Source of the DNA: a virus
Lineage: Duplodnaviria; Caudoviricetes
IMG/VR virus record: IMGVR_UViG_3300036647_000024
Span: 4,985 to 68,984 of that record
Direction: 5' to 3' (one strand)
DNA length: 64,000 bases
Position numbers and translations under genes: made by a program. Position 1 is the stretch's first letter. Each line of letters begins with the position of its first letter. This document shows, one piece after another, positions 34,692 through 43,535 of this stretch. Under the pieces are notes generated by a model that saw only the letters and a program-made list of their open reading frames with translations, searched no databases and had not been told where the DNA came from.

Positions 34692-35120
34692 TTAGCAACC
34701 CATTGCATCCAGAACAGATGCGAGTTTGTCTTCTGTTTCCAGTTGCAGCTTGAATGTGCGGATTACTTCAGCCGCGTTTACTACATCGCCAATCACCCTT
34801 ACTTTGAGGGCTTCTACTCTTTTGTAGATTCCTTCGAGCTTGATTTGCAGAAGTGCTGCAATCTTGAGCAGTTTTCTGAAAGCTTTGGTTTTTGGAGTTG
34901 AAGCCGGAACTTCTTCCATAATCTCCTTTTCTACCTCATTGGTACAGATAACGAACCTCTCTACTTTAGGAGCTTTGTCTCCCTTGTACTTAGGCCGAAT
35001 ATCAATGGCCTTCTCCTCTACTAGTTCATCTTGGTTAGGGATAAGCCCTGCTTTAGCAAAGACCCCTTTGAGAGTAGTGGAATCGGACGTCTTACGATAC
35101 ACTTTCTTTGTGGTAGACAT
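34692..35120 (-). CDS. hypothetical protein (probable early gene)
   Basis: 142 aa; SD GAAAGGA. Confidence 0.7.
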   Translation of the reverse strand: MSTTKKVYRKTSDSTTLKGVFAKAGLIPNQDELVEEKAIDIRPKYKGDKAPKVERFVICTNEVEKEIMEEVPASTPKTKAFRKLLKIAALLQIKLEGIYKRVEALKVRVIGDVVNAAEVIRTFKLQLETEDKLASVLDAMGC

Positions 35121-35151
35121 GATGTCTATCCTTTCTGGGTGTGTATATACA

Positions 35152-35256
35152 CCCTGTTGTAGGGATAGGTCCCTATATAAAGCCCCTTCTATAGGAGAGG
35201 CCCTATATAGAGCATAGGATGCTTATACCCCGCCTCCTATGAGAGCGGCCTATATA
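35152..35256. repeat. three degenerate hairpin + CCTATATA units
   Basis: CCCT..AGGG..CCCTATATA; CCCCTTCTATAGGAGAGGCCCTATATA; CCCCGCCTCCTATGAGAGCGGCCTATATA. Confidence 0.6.
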
Positions 35257-35685
35257 TCACATACCTCTAGTCTTACATGTACACATAGTAGTAGTAGTAC
35301 ATATAGCATGGTGTACTGATGTAGTACCCTGCATGAGTGTAGCCCTAGCAGCTAGCTCATACAGTGCCCTACTAGCAGCAGGATAGCCACTATACAGAGC
35401 TGATCTAGCCTGCCTCTCTAGTGTATGTACATTAAGCTTAGGTACAGACATGTCTAGCATACTAATCACATCCAATAGTCTTTCTTCTGTCATGATACAC
35501 ATGCTCTTTCTACTACATATAGTAGTGGTAGTAGTACATACATACTATATATATGTACTATGGTTATATGTTATGTGTTAGTGGCTAGGTACAGACTCGA
35601 ACTGTACAATTTCCATCAACTAGTCTACTAGTATATCTCTAGCCATAGTGATGTAGTTTATACTCATACATCAGGAGTATAGATA

Positions 35686-35868
35686 CTAAGAGTGGTAGGC
35701 CACGAGACACTCACCACTAATCCTAACATCTGTGATTCCCTGTCTGAGCAAGGAATACTGATATTTCATATTCCTCACGGTCATGTGACTGTCCATCGCA
35801 GTCATCATCTTCTCCACTCTCTCTCTGAATACTTTGAAAGTCATTTTGTTGTTAGTTTTGGTTGACAT
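35686..35868 (-). CDS. first gene of the leftward arm, hypothetical
   Basis: 60 aa; same CAGAAAGGAT-N4-ATC-ATG leader as 35120. Confidence 0.55.
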   Translation of the reverse strand: MSTKTNNKMTFKVFRERVEKMMTAMDSHMTVRNMKYQYSLLRQGITDVRISGECLVAYHS

Positions 35869-35869
35869 G

Positions 35870-36216
35870 ATACAAATCCTTTCTGAGTCAATGACTCAAG
35901 TTGTTTGTGATAGACGACCCGGGGGCACCGAACATACCCCCTACCCTCTACCACTACTAATACACACTAGGTATCAACAAATTTTCCTGAAATTTTTTCC
36001 CTATAGACAATTTATATCTTTTCAAATTTCCCCCTATTTTCTTTCTTATAGAGCTTTTTGTAATAGAGTTCCTAATTGATACATTTTTACATCTATGTAT
36101 AATCTAAAAAATTTTTTTGCCGGGAAATAAGACTATATAAGAAAATTTTATTCTTGAAGGCTAATGAATATAATGGTAAGGTATATGGAATAAAAGGAAG
36201 AGGACAATATAAATAA
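35870..36216. other. strand-switch region; candidate genome terminus or origin
   Basis: Divergent gene orientation; GC patch ACCCGGGGGCACC and C-runs followed by A/T tracts. Confidence 0.45.
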
Positions 36217-36744
36217 ATGAATCTTTATTACATACTACTAGAAACAAGAACCAATATATATTCCGCCGAAGTGGGAGCAGAATATACAGATGATGCAATA
36301 GAATTGTTTTATATATGGCTAACAGAGAATGGAGTAGAAGATATAGATATTATTAATGAAGTTGCACATTATAATGGAGATTGTATTGGCACGCACCCAA
36401 GAGAAGAAGTATTAGAGGATACAGTTAAAGTAACTACTCCATATGAAAGAAGATTAAACTTTGATATATGGAAACTTATGGATAAAAGAGAGATAGAAAA
36501 AATTTGTATGTGTGATTGTCACAGAGTAGGTTTAGCAGGCTTTTATCATTGTTTAGGTCTAGTGTGTTGTAATTATGAGAATTCTCAATATTTAGTTACT
36601 CCTACAAAGCCAGTAGATTTAGAAAGTGGAAGAATTGCTTTAAATGAGAAAGGTGTTTTTGATAAAGAGTTGTATAAACAGTTTTTATTAAATGATAACA
36701 ATTTCCCGAAGCAGAAGAAAAGGAAAGCTTGTAGTAGAGGATAA
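36217..36744 (+). CDS. hypothetical protein
   Basis: 175 aa; CMCDCH..CCNY. Confidence 0.7.
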   Translation: MNLYYILLETRTNIYSAEVGAEYTDDAIELFYIWLTENGVEDIDIINEVAHYNGDCIGTHPREEVLEDTVKVTTPYERRLNFDIWKLMDKREIEKICMCDCHRVGLAGFYHCLGLVCCNYENSQYLVTPTKPVDLESGRIALNEKGVFDKELYKQFLLNDNNFPKQKKRKACSRG

Positions 36745-36773
36745 ATGATTATAGCTATATTATAGAGGACAAT

Positions 36774-37022
36774 ATGATAGAACAATGGAAAATAGAACAA
36801 AGGTATAGGATCAAAGATAAATTAAGAGTATGTACTAACTGTAAACATGTTATAGTCGGGCCGGAAGGAGAACTTTGGTGTAATTATACGGGTTGGCACG
36901 ACAATAATACTGATAAGCTAACAGAAGAAGAGATATATAAATACTGGGATGAAACTTTTGTAGAATGGATTGGATGTTGTGACAATTGGGAAATAGGAGG
37001 CAAAATCAAATATGATAGATAA
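36774..37022 (+). CDS. Cys-rich miniprotein
   Basis: CTNCKH..WC..CCDNW. Confidence 0.6.
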   Translation: MIEQWKIEQRYRIKDKLRVCTNCKHVIVGPEGELWCNYTGWHDNNTDKLTEEEIYKYWDETFVEWIGCCDNWEIGGKIKYDR

Positions 37023-37242
37023 AGGTTATAAGAGTGGAATAGCAATTAGTTTTAAGGGTATTAATAACTTTAAAGAATTAGAAGATAAGATATATGAAAT
37101 GTGGGAAGTATTATTTAGTTTCATGTTAAAGAAAGGTATTTGTATTGATAAAAAAGATACAAAAGTAGAAATAGAAAATAATCAGCTTCGACTTATTTAC
37201 GAAACAACAGATGAAGAAAAGGGGCTTATCAGTGATAGATAA
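37012..37242 (+). CDS. hypothetical protein
   Basis: 76-aa ORF. Confidence 0.55.
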   Translation: MIDKGYKSGIAISFKGINNFKELEDKIYEMWEVLFSFMLKKGICIDKKDTKVEIENNQLRLIYETTDEEKGLISDR

Positions 37243-37489
37243 AATAGAAGATAGATTAAATAAGCTTAGTAAATATAAAGATAATTGGGATTCTTATGGT
37301 GCGCGGGCAATAACAAAAGAAGCATTAGATTCTTGTAGAAGTTTAATTGATAATATAAGTGTTATTGCAGTGAATGATGGTGGAATAGATTTAGAAGTAG
37401 GTAATATAGAGATAGATTCAATTCATTTGTGTCTACATATTGATCCTGATGGCACAACACAACTTTATTATCTTGAGAATTGTAAATGA
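37211..37489 (+). CDS. hypothetical protein
   Basis: DNWDSYGARAI motif. Confidence 0.6.
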   Translation: MKKRGLSVIDKIEDRLNKLSKYKDNWDSYGARAITKEALDSCRSLIDNISVIAVNDGGIDLEVGNIEIDSIHLCLHIDPDGTTQLYYLENCK

Positions 37490-37740
37490 TAGAAGAAAAA
37501 CATATACAAGAAGAGCTTTATAATATATATATAAATGAGCCTTTAGATCCAGGAGATTCTATATCTCATGTTACTTTAAATGAATGTATTAATCGTGGGC
37601 TGGCAACACGAAGTTACTATAAAGGAAAAGTATGTTTAAAAAGACAAGGAATTATATTACTTGAAGAATCTGAATATATTAATAAGCTTTCAGAAGAAGA
37701 GGTAGCAATTTGTCCTATATGTACCGGTATTAGTGTTTGA
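37486..37740 (+). CDS. hypothetical protein
   Basis: 84-aa ORF. Confidence 0.55.
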   Translation: MIEEKHIQEELYNIYINEPLDPGDSISHVTLNECINRGLATRSYYKGKVCLKRQGIILLEESEYINKLSEEEVAICPICTGISV

Positions 37741-37749
37741 TAAATACAA

Positions 37750-38007
37750 ATGAAACAGTTTTTAAAAGAGAGTGCAGTTAGTTATAAGGGTGGATGTTGT
37801 CAATTGTGTGGATATAAGAGATGTATATCTGCTTTACATTTTCATCATATTAATCCGCACGAAAAAGATTTTAATATTAGTGAAAAGAGTAATTGGTATG
37901 ATATTTCACACGAAATAGACAAATGTATTCTATTGTGTGCAAATTGTCATGCAGAAGTACATGCTGGAATGGTAGATCTAGAAATACTTGTTCAGTTTAA
38001 TGAATAG
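37750..38007 (+). CDS. minimal HNH endonuclease-like protein
   Basis: GGCCQLCGY..ALHFHHINP..KCILLCANCHAEVH. Confidence 0.8.
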   Translation: MKQFLKESAVSYKGGCCQLCGYKRCISALHFHHINPHEKDFNISEKSNWYDISHEIDKCILLCANCHAEVHAGMVDLEILVQFNE

Positions 38008-38014
38008 AAGTTAA

Positions 38015-38530
38015 TTGGAGTATATAATGAATTATAAAGAATTAGAAAAACTAATAGACGAATTTGTAGTATCTATAGAGGAAGATCCTGATAATACTAT
38101 AGAAGCAGACAGAAGAGCAGAAATATTAACAAAGAAACTATGGACTCATTTTGAAAATCCTTCTCTTAAAATTAATCTTCCTGATAGATATATTGGTGGT
38201 CATCCTAAATTTGTGGACATTGAATTTGAATATTCTTTTGAGCGATATCGAAAAGACATATTTACTATATCTTGGACAGACAAGGCAAGATATGAGTTAG
38301 GAAAAAATACTATAGAAATGCAAGGAACAAATTATTTTGAGTCTGAGCCTAAATCTATAGAAACAAATTGGATTGTTAGTTCCTATTTTGATGGTAAAGG
38401 TAACTTTACTGGAGGGAGACCTGCTTTTGTTGCAAGAGAAGCTAACAGTGATCTATATTTCTATTTTGAACTTGCTAAATTTACTGAATACTATAATTTG
38501 GGATATTTTGTGATTTCAAATGAAACTTGA
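38015..38530 (+). CDS. hypothetical protein
   Basis: 171-aa ORF. Confidence 0.65.
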   Translation: MEYIMNYKELEKLIDEFVVSIEEDPDNTIEADRRAEILTKKLWTHFENPSLKINLPDRYIGGHPKFVDIEFEYSFERYRKDIFTISWTDKARYELGKNTIEMQGTNYFESEPKSIETNWIVSSYFDGKGNFTGGRPAFVAREANSDLYFYFELAKFTEYYNLGYFVISNET

Positions 38531-38648
38531 AGTATATCAGTGTCTTAAGTGTGGCGGGAAATTTACTAATCCTCCCGGACCACAATTGTGTCCATATTGT
38601 GGGCATTGTTATATAAAATGGTTAACATATAAGGAGAAAAAAAATATA
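38520..38648 (+). CDS. zinc-ribbon miniprotein, absent from the ORF track
   Basis: YQCLKCG..CPYCG, 42 aa. Confidence 0.5.
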
Positions 38649-38649
38649 A

Positions 38650-39228
38650 ATGAAAGAGCTAGATGATATATATGAAACTTTTTGTATGAATAGAAAAGAT
38701 AGTATTGTTGTTGCGCCAAGAAGATTTGGCAAAACAACTTTAGTAACAAATTGTATTGTAAAACTTCTAAATAGCCATAGTGATATATCTATTATGGTGT
38801 TAGCTCCACAGAAAGCAATAGCCTTAAATATTACAGAAAGACTTCCAAAAGAAATAAGAAAATATATTAAAATTGCTACAACTATAAATAATATTACTGG
38901 AATACAACCAGATTATTTATTTATAGAAGAAGCAGCATTTATTAAAAAATATATTTTAAAAACAGCAATGATGATTCAATGTCCTAAACTTATTACTAGT
39001 TCTCCAAGAACTGTTACTTATTCTAAAGATGAAACTGGAGAAATTGTAAGTGATTGTTATTTAAAAGACTTATGTGATAATTCTGGTTTTTCTGGAGTTG
39101 CATATTATAAAATTAATATTAATAATCATCAACAGCGTGACAAAATATTGGAAGAAAGATTTTATTTTTCAGAAGACCAATTTACTACTGAAATTCTTGC
39201 AGAATGGATTTGTAAATATGAACAATGA
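38650..39228 (+). CDS. stand-alone terminase-like P-loop ATPase
   Basis: APRRFGKT Walker A, LFIEEAA Walker B, ITSSP coupling motif, QFTTEILAEW end motif. Confidence 0.75.
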   Translation: MKELDDIYETFCMNRKDSIVVAPRRFGKTTLVTNCIVKLLNSHSDISIMVLAPQKAIALNITERLPKEIRKYIKIATTINNITGIQPDYLFIEEAAFIKKYILKTAMMIQCPKLITSSPRTVTYSKDETGEIVSDCYLKDLCDNSGFSGVAYYKININNHQQRDKILEERFYFSEDQFTTEILAEWICKYEQ

Positions 39229-39326
39229 ATTATTAGAAGAAATAGAAGAAAAATTTAATCAACTTAAAATAGAATGAAACAAGAAAGTTTATATGAAGAT
39301 TGGATGGATGATTTAGAAGCAAATTA

Positions 39327-39635
39327 TTGGGAGAAACAATGCAAATTAAAGAACATGTAGAAGATGCTATTAAATGTTTAAATTCAATTAATTGGGAAAA
39401 ACAATCAAATCTTGATTACTTTTCTGATTTAGTAGATGCATTAACAACAATAGAGGAAGAATATCAATCTCTTTGTGAAGATTTAGATTATGAACTATAT
39501 CATGACAGAAAAGATTCTTGTTATGATTTTGGTCCAAATATTGAATTTCAAATAGAAGCTTCAGATTGGCACAGGATTTCTTTAATTCTTCGTAAAATAA
39601 ACCCACATCTAAGAGAATACTTTAATAAAGAATAG
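39327..39635 (+). CDS. hypothetical protein
   Basis: 102-aa ORF. Confidence 0.6.
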   Translation: MGETMQIKEHVEDAIKCLNSINWEKQSNLDYFSDLVDALTTIEEEYQSLCEDLDYELYHDRKDSCYDFGPNIEFQIEASDWHRISLILRKINPHLREYFNKE

Positions 39636-39662
39636 TATCGTATTCTGTTATATAATATATAT

Positions 39663-39959
39663 GTGACAGATCTTGAATTAGTTAAATACATGTTTATGCG
39701 GCTTCTAAAGGAAAGAGATTTGCTTCTTTTAGAAATAGATCTAATGAATAATAATATAACTAAAGATTTTTATGATGCTACATTAGTTGAATTTTTATCT
39801 GAGAATAGACTATCAACAAGAGATTTTATTGCCGGTTGTAAGATAGTCCAAAAGTATTTTCCAGATTACTATGATCCTCAAACTATTAGTATTTTACTAA
39901 ACACAACAGCTCAAACAGCAAAAAGATTTATGAATATCTTGACAGAAAAAGAACAATGA
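39663..39959 (+). CDS. hypothetical protein
   Basis: 98-aa ORF. Confidence 0.55.
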   Translation: MTDLELVKYMFMRLLKERDLLLLEIDLMNNNITKDFYDATLVEFLSENRLSTRDFIAGCKIVQKYFPDYYDPQTISILLNTTAQTAKRFMNILTEKEQ

Positions 39960-40055
39960 TTATATTTTAGTTTAGCTAGATATTGTTCTAGCGGGGTTAA
40001 TAACAACCCACATAACTGAACTTATAAAAGTTCATATCTTATTAGGAGGTAAATC

Positions 40056-40460
40056 ATGTTTACTACAGCACTATCAAGAGACATTCCATCATTTGTTGAC
40101 ATGTTTGATCAATTCTTTTTTAATTGGCCAACAGAAGTAAAGCCACCGTTAGACAGTTTTCCTATTGTAAATAAAGAAAATTCTTTAGATGGGTATGAAA
40201 TTCAAATGGCTTTAGCTGGCTTTACTGAAAATGATGTTAAAGTCTATTCAGAAGACAGGGTTTTACATATTGAAGGAAACAACACAGAAACAAAAGGTTT
40301 AAGTGACCGATTTGTTTGTAAGTTTCATCATAAGATACCCTGTTCTAGTAAGTTAGATTTAGAAGCAACAAAAGTTTCTCTTGAAAATGGGGTTTTAAGT
40401 ATACGAATCCCGCGACTCGAAAAAGCTAAAGATAGAGTCTATTTATTTAATAAGGACTAA
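40056..40460 (+). CDS. small heat-shock protein (Hsp20/alpha-crystallin)
   Basis: YEIQMALAGF..DVKV..L.IEG..ATKVSLENGVLSIRIPR; AGGAGG SD. Confidence 0.9.
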   Translation: MFTTALSRDIPSFVDMFDQFFFNWPTEVKPPLDSFPIVNKENSLDGYEIQMALAGFTENDVKVYSEDRVLHIEGNNTETKGLSDRFVCKFHHKIPCSSKLDLEATKVSLENGVLSIRIPRLEKAKDRVYLFNKD

Positions 40461-40469
40461 GCATCTCCT

Positions 40470-40712
40470 CTAGAATATCTCCACAATAGGACCAATCAAT
40501 ACAGCTTCTCTTTCACCTGATGGAGAGGAGACACTTGGATACCTATATTTAAATCTTATGTTCTGATTTGTAATTACAAATGTAACATCTACATATACTC
40601 CCTTGTCTGATTCTTTCAGAACTGGAAGATCCCCATAAGAGTTTTTAATCTGTTCCAACCACTTTATGATATCGGATAAACGATCCATAAAATACCCCTC
40701 CTTTCTTTTCAT
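40470..40712 (-). CDS. hypothetical protein, inverted relative to neighbours
   Basis: YGDLPV motif common in small phage proteins; start uncertain. Confidence 0.5.
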   Translation of the reverse strand: MKRKEGYFMDRLSDIIKWLEQIKNSYGDLPVLKESDKGVYVDVTFVITNQNIRFKYRYPSVSSPSGEREAVLIGPIVEIF

Positions 40713-40820
40713 CTACATATAAAATAACATATTATAATACGTTATTTCAATTATGGAATATATGTATATACTTATGACATGTTATACTATAAAATAGGGG
40801 ATCGGGGCGAAAGGAGAATT

Positions 40821-41129
40821 ATGGCTGAATCAAGAGAAAAAGCCACCGCCCAGTTCGTTGTTATTCTATTAACTATAGTTGCGTTTGCTATTGGTGCATT
40901 CTCTTGGGCTGTAAATTCACATTCTGATATAAAAGAATGGACATCTGAACAAGATTTTGTTACAAAGAAAGAGTTAAAAGAAACTATCAAAGAACAATAT
41001 GTTCCTGTAAGAGAGTTTATGGAAGTTAAAGCTAAAATAGATGAAACCAGTAGAGAAAACAAAGAAGTAATGAAATCATTAGAAGAAATTAAGCATGAAC
41101 TCCGCTCTATGTCTAAAAAACACAAATAA
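40821..41129 (+). CDS. TM plus coiled-coil protein (holin-like?)
   Basis: Start MAESR behind an AAGGAG SD; one TM helix then a coiled coil. Confidence 0.55.
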   Translation: MAESREKATAQFVVILLTIVAFAIGAFSWAVNSHSDIKEWTSEQDFVTKKELKETIKEQYVPVREFMEVKAKIDETSRENKEVMKSLEEIKHELRSMSKKHK

Positions 41130-41139
41130 TGAGGATTAT

Positions 41140-41436
41140 ATGTCTAAGAAAGATCCTGTATTAGATCAACTTGGTAAATTAAGAGATAATTTAAAAATGT
41201 TTATGTCGCCAAATATACTTAATAAACTTGTAGGTTTATTAGAAGTACTTGGAAATGACAGACAATCATTCGTGCGGCAATATAACTTCTGGATCGATAA
41301 AAACGGTAAAGATTGTAGATATGCCCAAATTGCAAAAGATTTCTTTGAGAAGGATCAAGCAGAAAGTATTGCCAAATCAATAATTTCACTATATCATAGT
41401 TGGGCAATAAACTATGAGAAGGAGAAGAATGCATGA
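41140..41436 (+). CDS. hypothetical protein
   Basis: Start MSKK behind a GAGGA SD. Confidence 0.6.
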   Translation: MSKKDPVLDQLGKLRDNLKMFMSPNILNKLVGLLEVLGNDRQSFVRQYNFWIDKNGKDCRYAQIAKDFFEKDQAESIAKSIISLYHSWAINYEKEKNA

Positions 41437-41792
41437 ATTTTATAGTAATAAATCCACAAGAAGAGCCAATGAGAAAAGGGGAGTCGTGGTGGATAGTGCA
41501 TCCTAATATTAAAGCTGCTGAATTTAAGGTCCCCCATAATGCTAGTGCACTTTGTACAAAAGAATATAGAAGCTTTAAAGAAGGAACAGTTTATTCTATT
41601 GTCAGCTGCGATAATAATAACGGATGGATTATGATTCAATCCTTGACGGAACTAGTCAAAATGCCACATTATGTGTTTGCAAGATACTTTGATGCAGAAG
41701 CATTTGTAAAACATGTTGCTATGTCAGGCAATACACATGAACCTATCCTTCCACTGAAACCAAAGAAACAATTGGAGTTATTTAATGACTAA
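41433..41792 (+). CDS. hypothetical protein
   Basis: 119-aa ORF. Confidence 0.65.
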   Translation: MNFIVINPQEEPMRKGESWWIVHPNIKAAEFKVPHNASALCTKEYRSFKEGTVYSIVSCDNNNGWIMIQSLTELVKMPHYVFARYFDAEAFVKHVAMSGNTHEPILPLKPKKQLELFND

Positions 41793-41882
41793 AATACCTA
41801 TTGTATCTCATAAAATTGGTCTTAGTATAGATGATATTGTTGGAGAATATGTATATTTCTTTGAAGAAGTTGGTGAAAATTA

Positions 41883-42140
41883 ATGGAAAAAATATTTTAT
41901 CCATGTAATTACGACTATCAAGACTTAGAAGATGAAATAATTGGAAAAGAAGAGGTAGAACAAGAAAAAATAGTATATTATCCAGTATATTATCCAGAAC
42001 CTATTTGGGCTCCTTATCTCAATCCACAATATAAAGAAGATGTATTTATTCCATACTTTTGGTTAGATGATAATACCGTATCTGATGAGCACACAATAGA
42101 AACAAATATATCAGATGATAGAGTAAAAATTACCTCATAG
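41883..42140 (+). CDS. acidic hypothetical protein
   Basis: 85-aa ORF. Confidence 0.55.
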   Translation: MEKIFYPCNYDYQDLEDEIIGKEEVEQEKIVYYPVYYPEPIWAPYLNPQYKEDVFIPYFWLDDNTVSDEHTIETNISDDRVKITS

Positions 42141-42161
42141 AAATAGGAATATGGAGTTAAT

Positions 42162-42749
42162 ATGAAATTATTATCACATGCTCACATTAATGGAAATGGA
42201 GACAAATATAGAGATGAATATGCTCGTATATTAGCTAGAACTTGTAAAAAGAGAAAATATACTCATTGTGTTCTTGGCTGTCATGGTAGTTATATAACAT
42301 CTCAAAAAACAATGGAAGAAGTTAGAAAGCTAGGGATTACTCCAATTAGATTTGCAGAATTAGACATTACTGTTCGTAATGAATCAAAATATAAAACAGC
42401 TCATATTGCATTTATTAATATTCCAGAATCAAAAATAGAAGGATATGTTCATTCTAAAGAAGGTACAGATATTGACAATGTAATTCCTTATGCTAGAAAA
42501 GTTGGATGTAAAGTTGTTCTTTGTCATCCTTATTCTAAGGAAGAGATTAGAGCATTTAGTTCTTATATTGATGGATATGAATTAATTAATGGATTGGAAA
42601 CTAGATCTTTTACAGATAGAGATGTTTCTGATGAGTTCCCAAATTTAATTCAATTTTCTGGAGCTGATTGGCATGTATGGGAAGGTGCTGGAGATCCAAG
42701 TTATTATACTGAACTTCCAGACAATTGGTTTGGACAACTATATAAATAA
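42162..42749 (+). CDS. PHP-domain metallo-phosphoesterase-like protein
   Basis: SHAH, CHG, CHPY, GYELING and GADWH metal-binding motifs. Confidence 0.7.
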   Translation: MKLLSHAHINGNGDKYRDEYARILARTCKKRKYTHCVLGCHGSYITSQKTMEEVRKLGITPIRFAELDITVRNESKYKTAHIAFINIPESKIEGYVHSKEGTDIDNVIPYARKVGCKVVLCHPYSKEEIRAFSSYIDGYELINGLETRSFTDRDVSDEFPNLIQFSGADWHVWEGAGDPSYYTELPDNWFGQLYK

Positions 42750-42758
42750 GGTGATTTA

Positions 42759-43535
42759 ATGGGTGGAGAAGGAAGCGGAAAACCAAAGGGTGAATTACTT
42801 ACTCTTGATGGCAAAGAATTAATAGAAGGAAAACTATCTAAAACAGATTTCTTTAACTTCTTAGGTATGGATTTAGCAGATTATTCTGGGATTACAATGA
42901 CTCCAGAACAAGCTTTAGCATTCAAGAACCAAGTTGTTCGTATGACCCATGGTGTTTCGGCCGCTATTCCACTAAAATGTTATGGTGCTTCTTGTAATAA
43001 CTGGACATGTGTATTTCATAGTATAGGAACTTATCCTCTTGGTCTTCCATGTATTCTAGAACATAAAATGATACAAACTCTTACAAAATCATATATGGAA
43101 GACATTGGTGTAGATCCTGAAAGCTTATCTGAAATGACTCTTGTTAATAAGTTAGTTGAAGCTGATATAATTGACTACAGAGCCAATATAGGCTTATCTG
43201 GTGCACGAGATCCAGAAGATGGTACATTGCTTAAGACTTCTATTATGGAGACAGAGAAGGGCAGTTCCGAAACTGTAAACCTTCATCCATTATTAGAGGC
43301 CAAAGAAAAAGCTAATACAATGAGGATTAAGATTCTTGAGGCATTAGCAACAACTAGAAGAGAGAAATATAAGAAAGCTGCTGCTCTTAAAACAAGTGAA
43401 GATACAGATGCTTCTAAAGCATTATCTGATTTGAGAGAAAGAGTTATGTCTCTTGTTTCTAATTCAACACCAGAAGAGAGACTTAAGAAAGCAGAAGATA
43501 CTATTGATGCCGAGTGGAGGGATAGTGACCTTTAG
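42759..43535 (+). CDS. hypothetical protein, candidate terminase small subunit
   Basis: 258 aa, helical; upstream of the head module; function inferred from position only. Confidence 0.35.
   Translation: MGGEGSGKPKGELLTLDGKELIEGKLSKTDFFNFLGMDLADYSGITMTPEQALAFKNQVVRMTHGVSAAIPLKCYGASCNNWTCVFHSIGTYPLGLPCILEHKMIQTLTKSYMEDIGVDPESLSEMTLVNKLVEADIIDYRANIGLSGARDPEDGTLLKTSIMETEKGSSETVNLHPLLEAKEKANTMRIKILEALATTRREKYKKAAALKTSEDTDASKALSDLRERVMSLVSNSTPEERLKKAEDTIDAEWRDSDL

Noticed and set aside
35257-35502. 81-aa minus-strand ORF in the palindrome-rich segment
   Set aside because: Atypical composition; probably a by-product of low-complexity DNA, although a weak SD is present.
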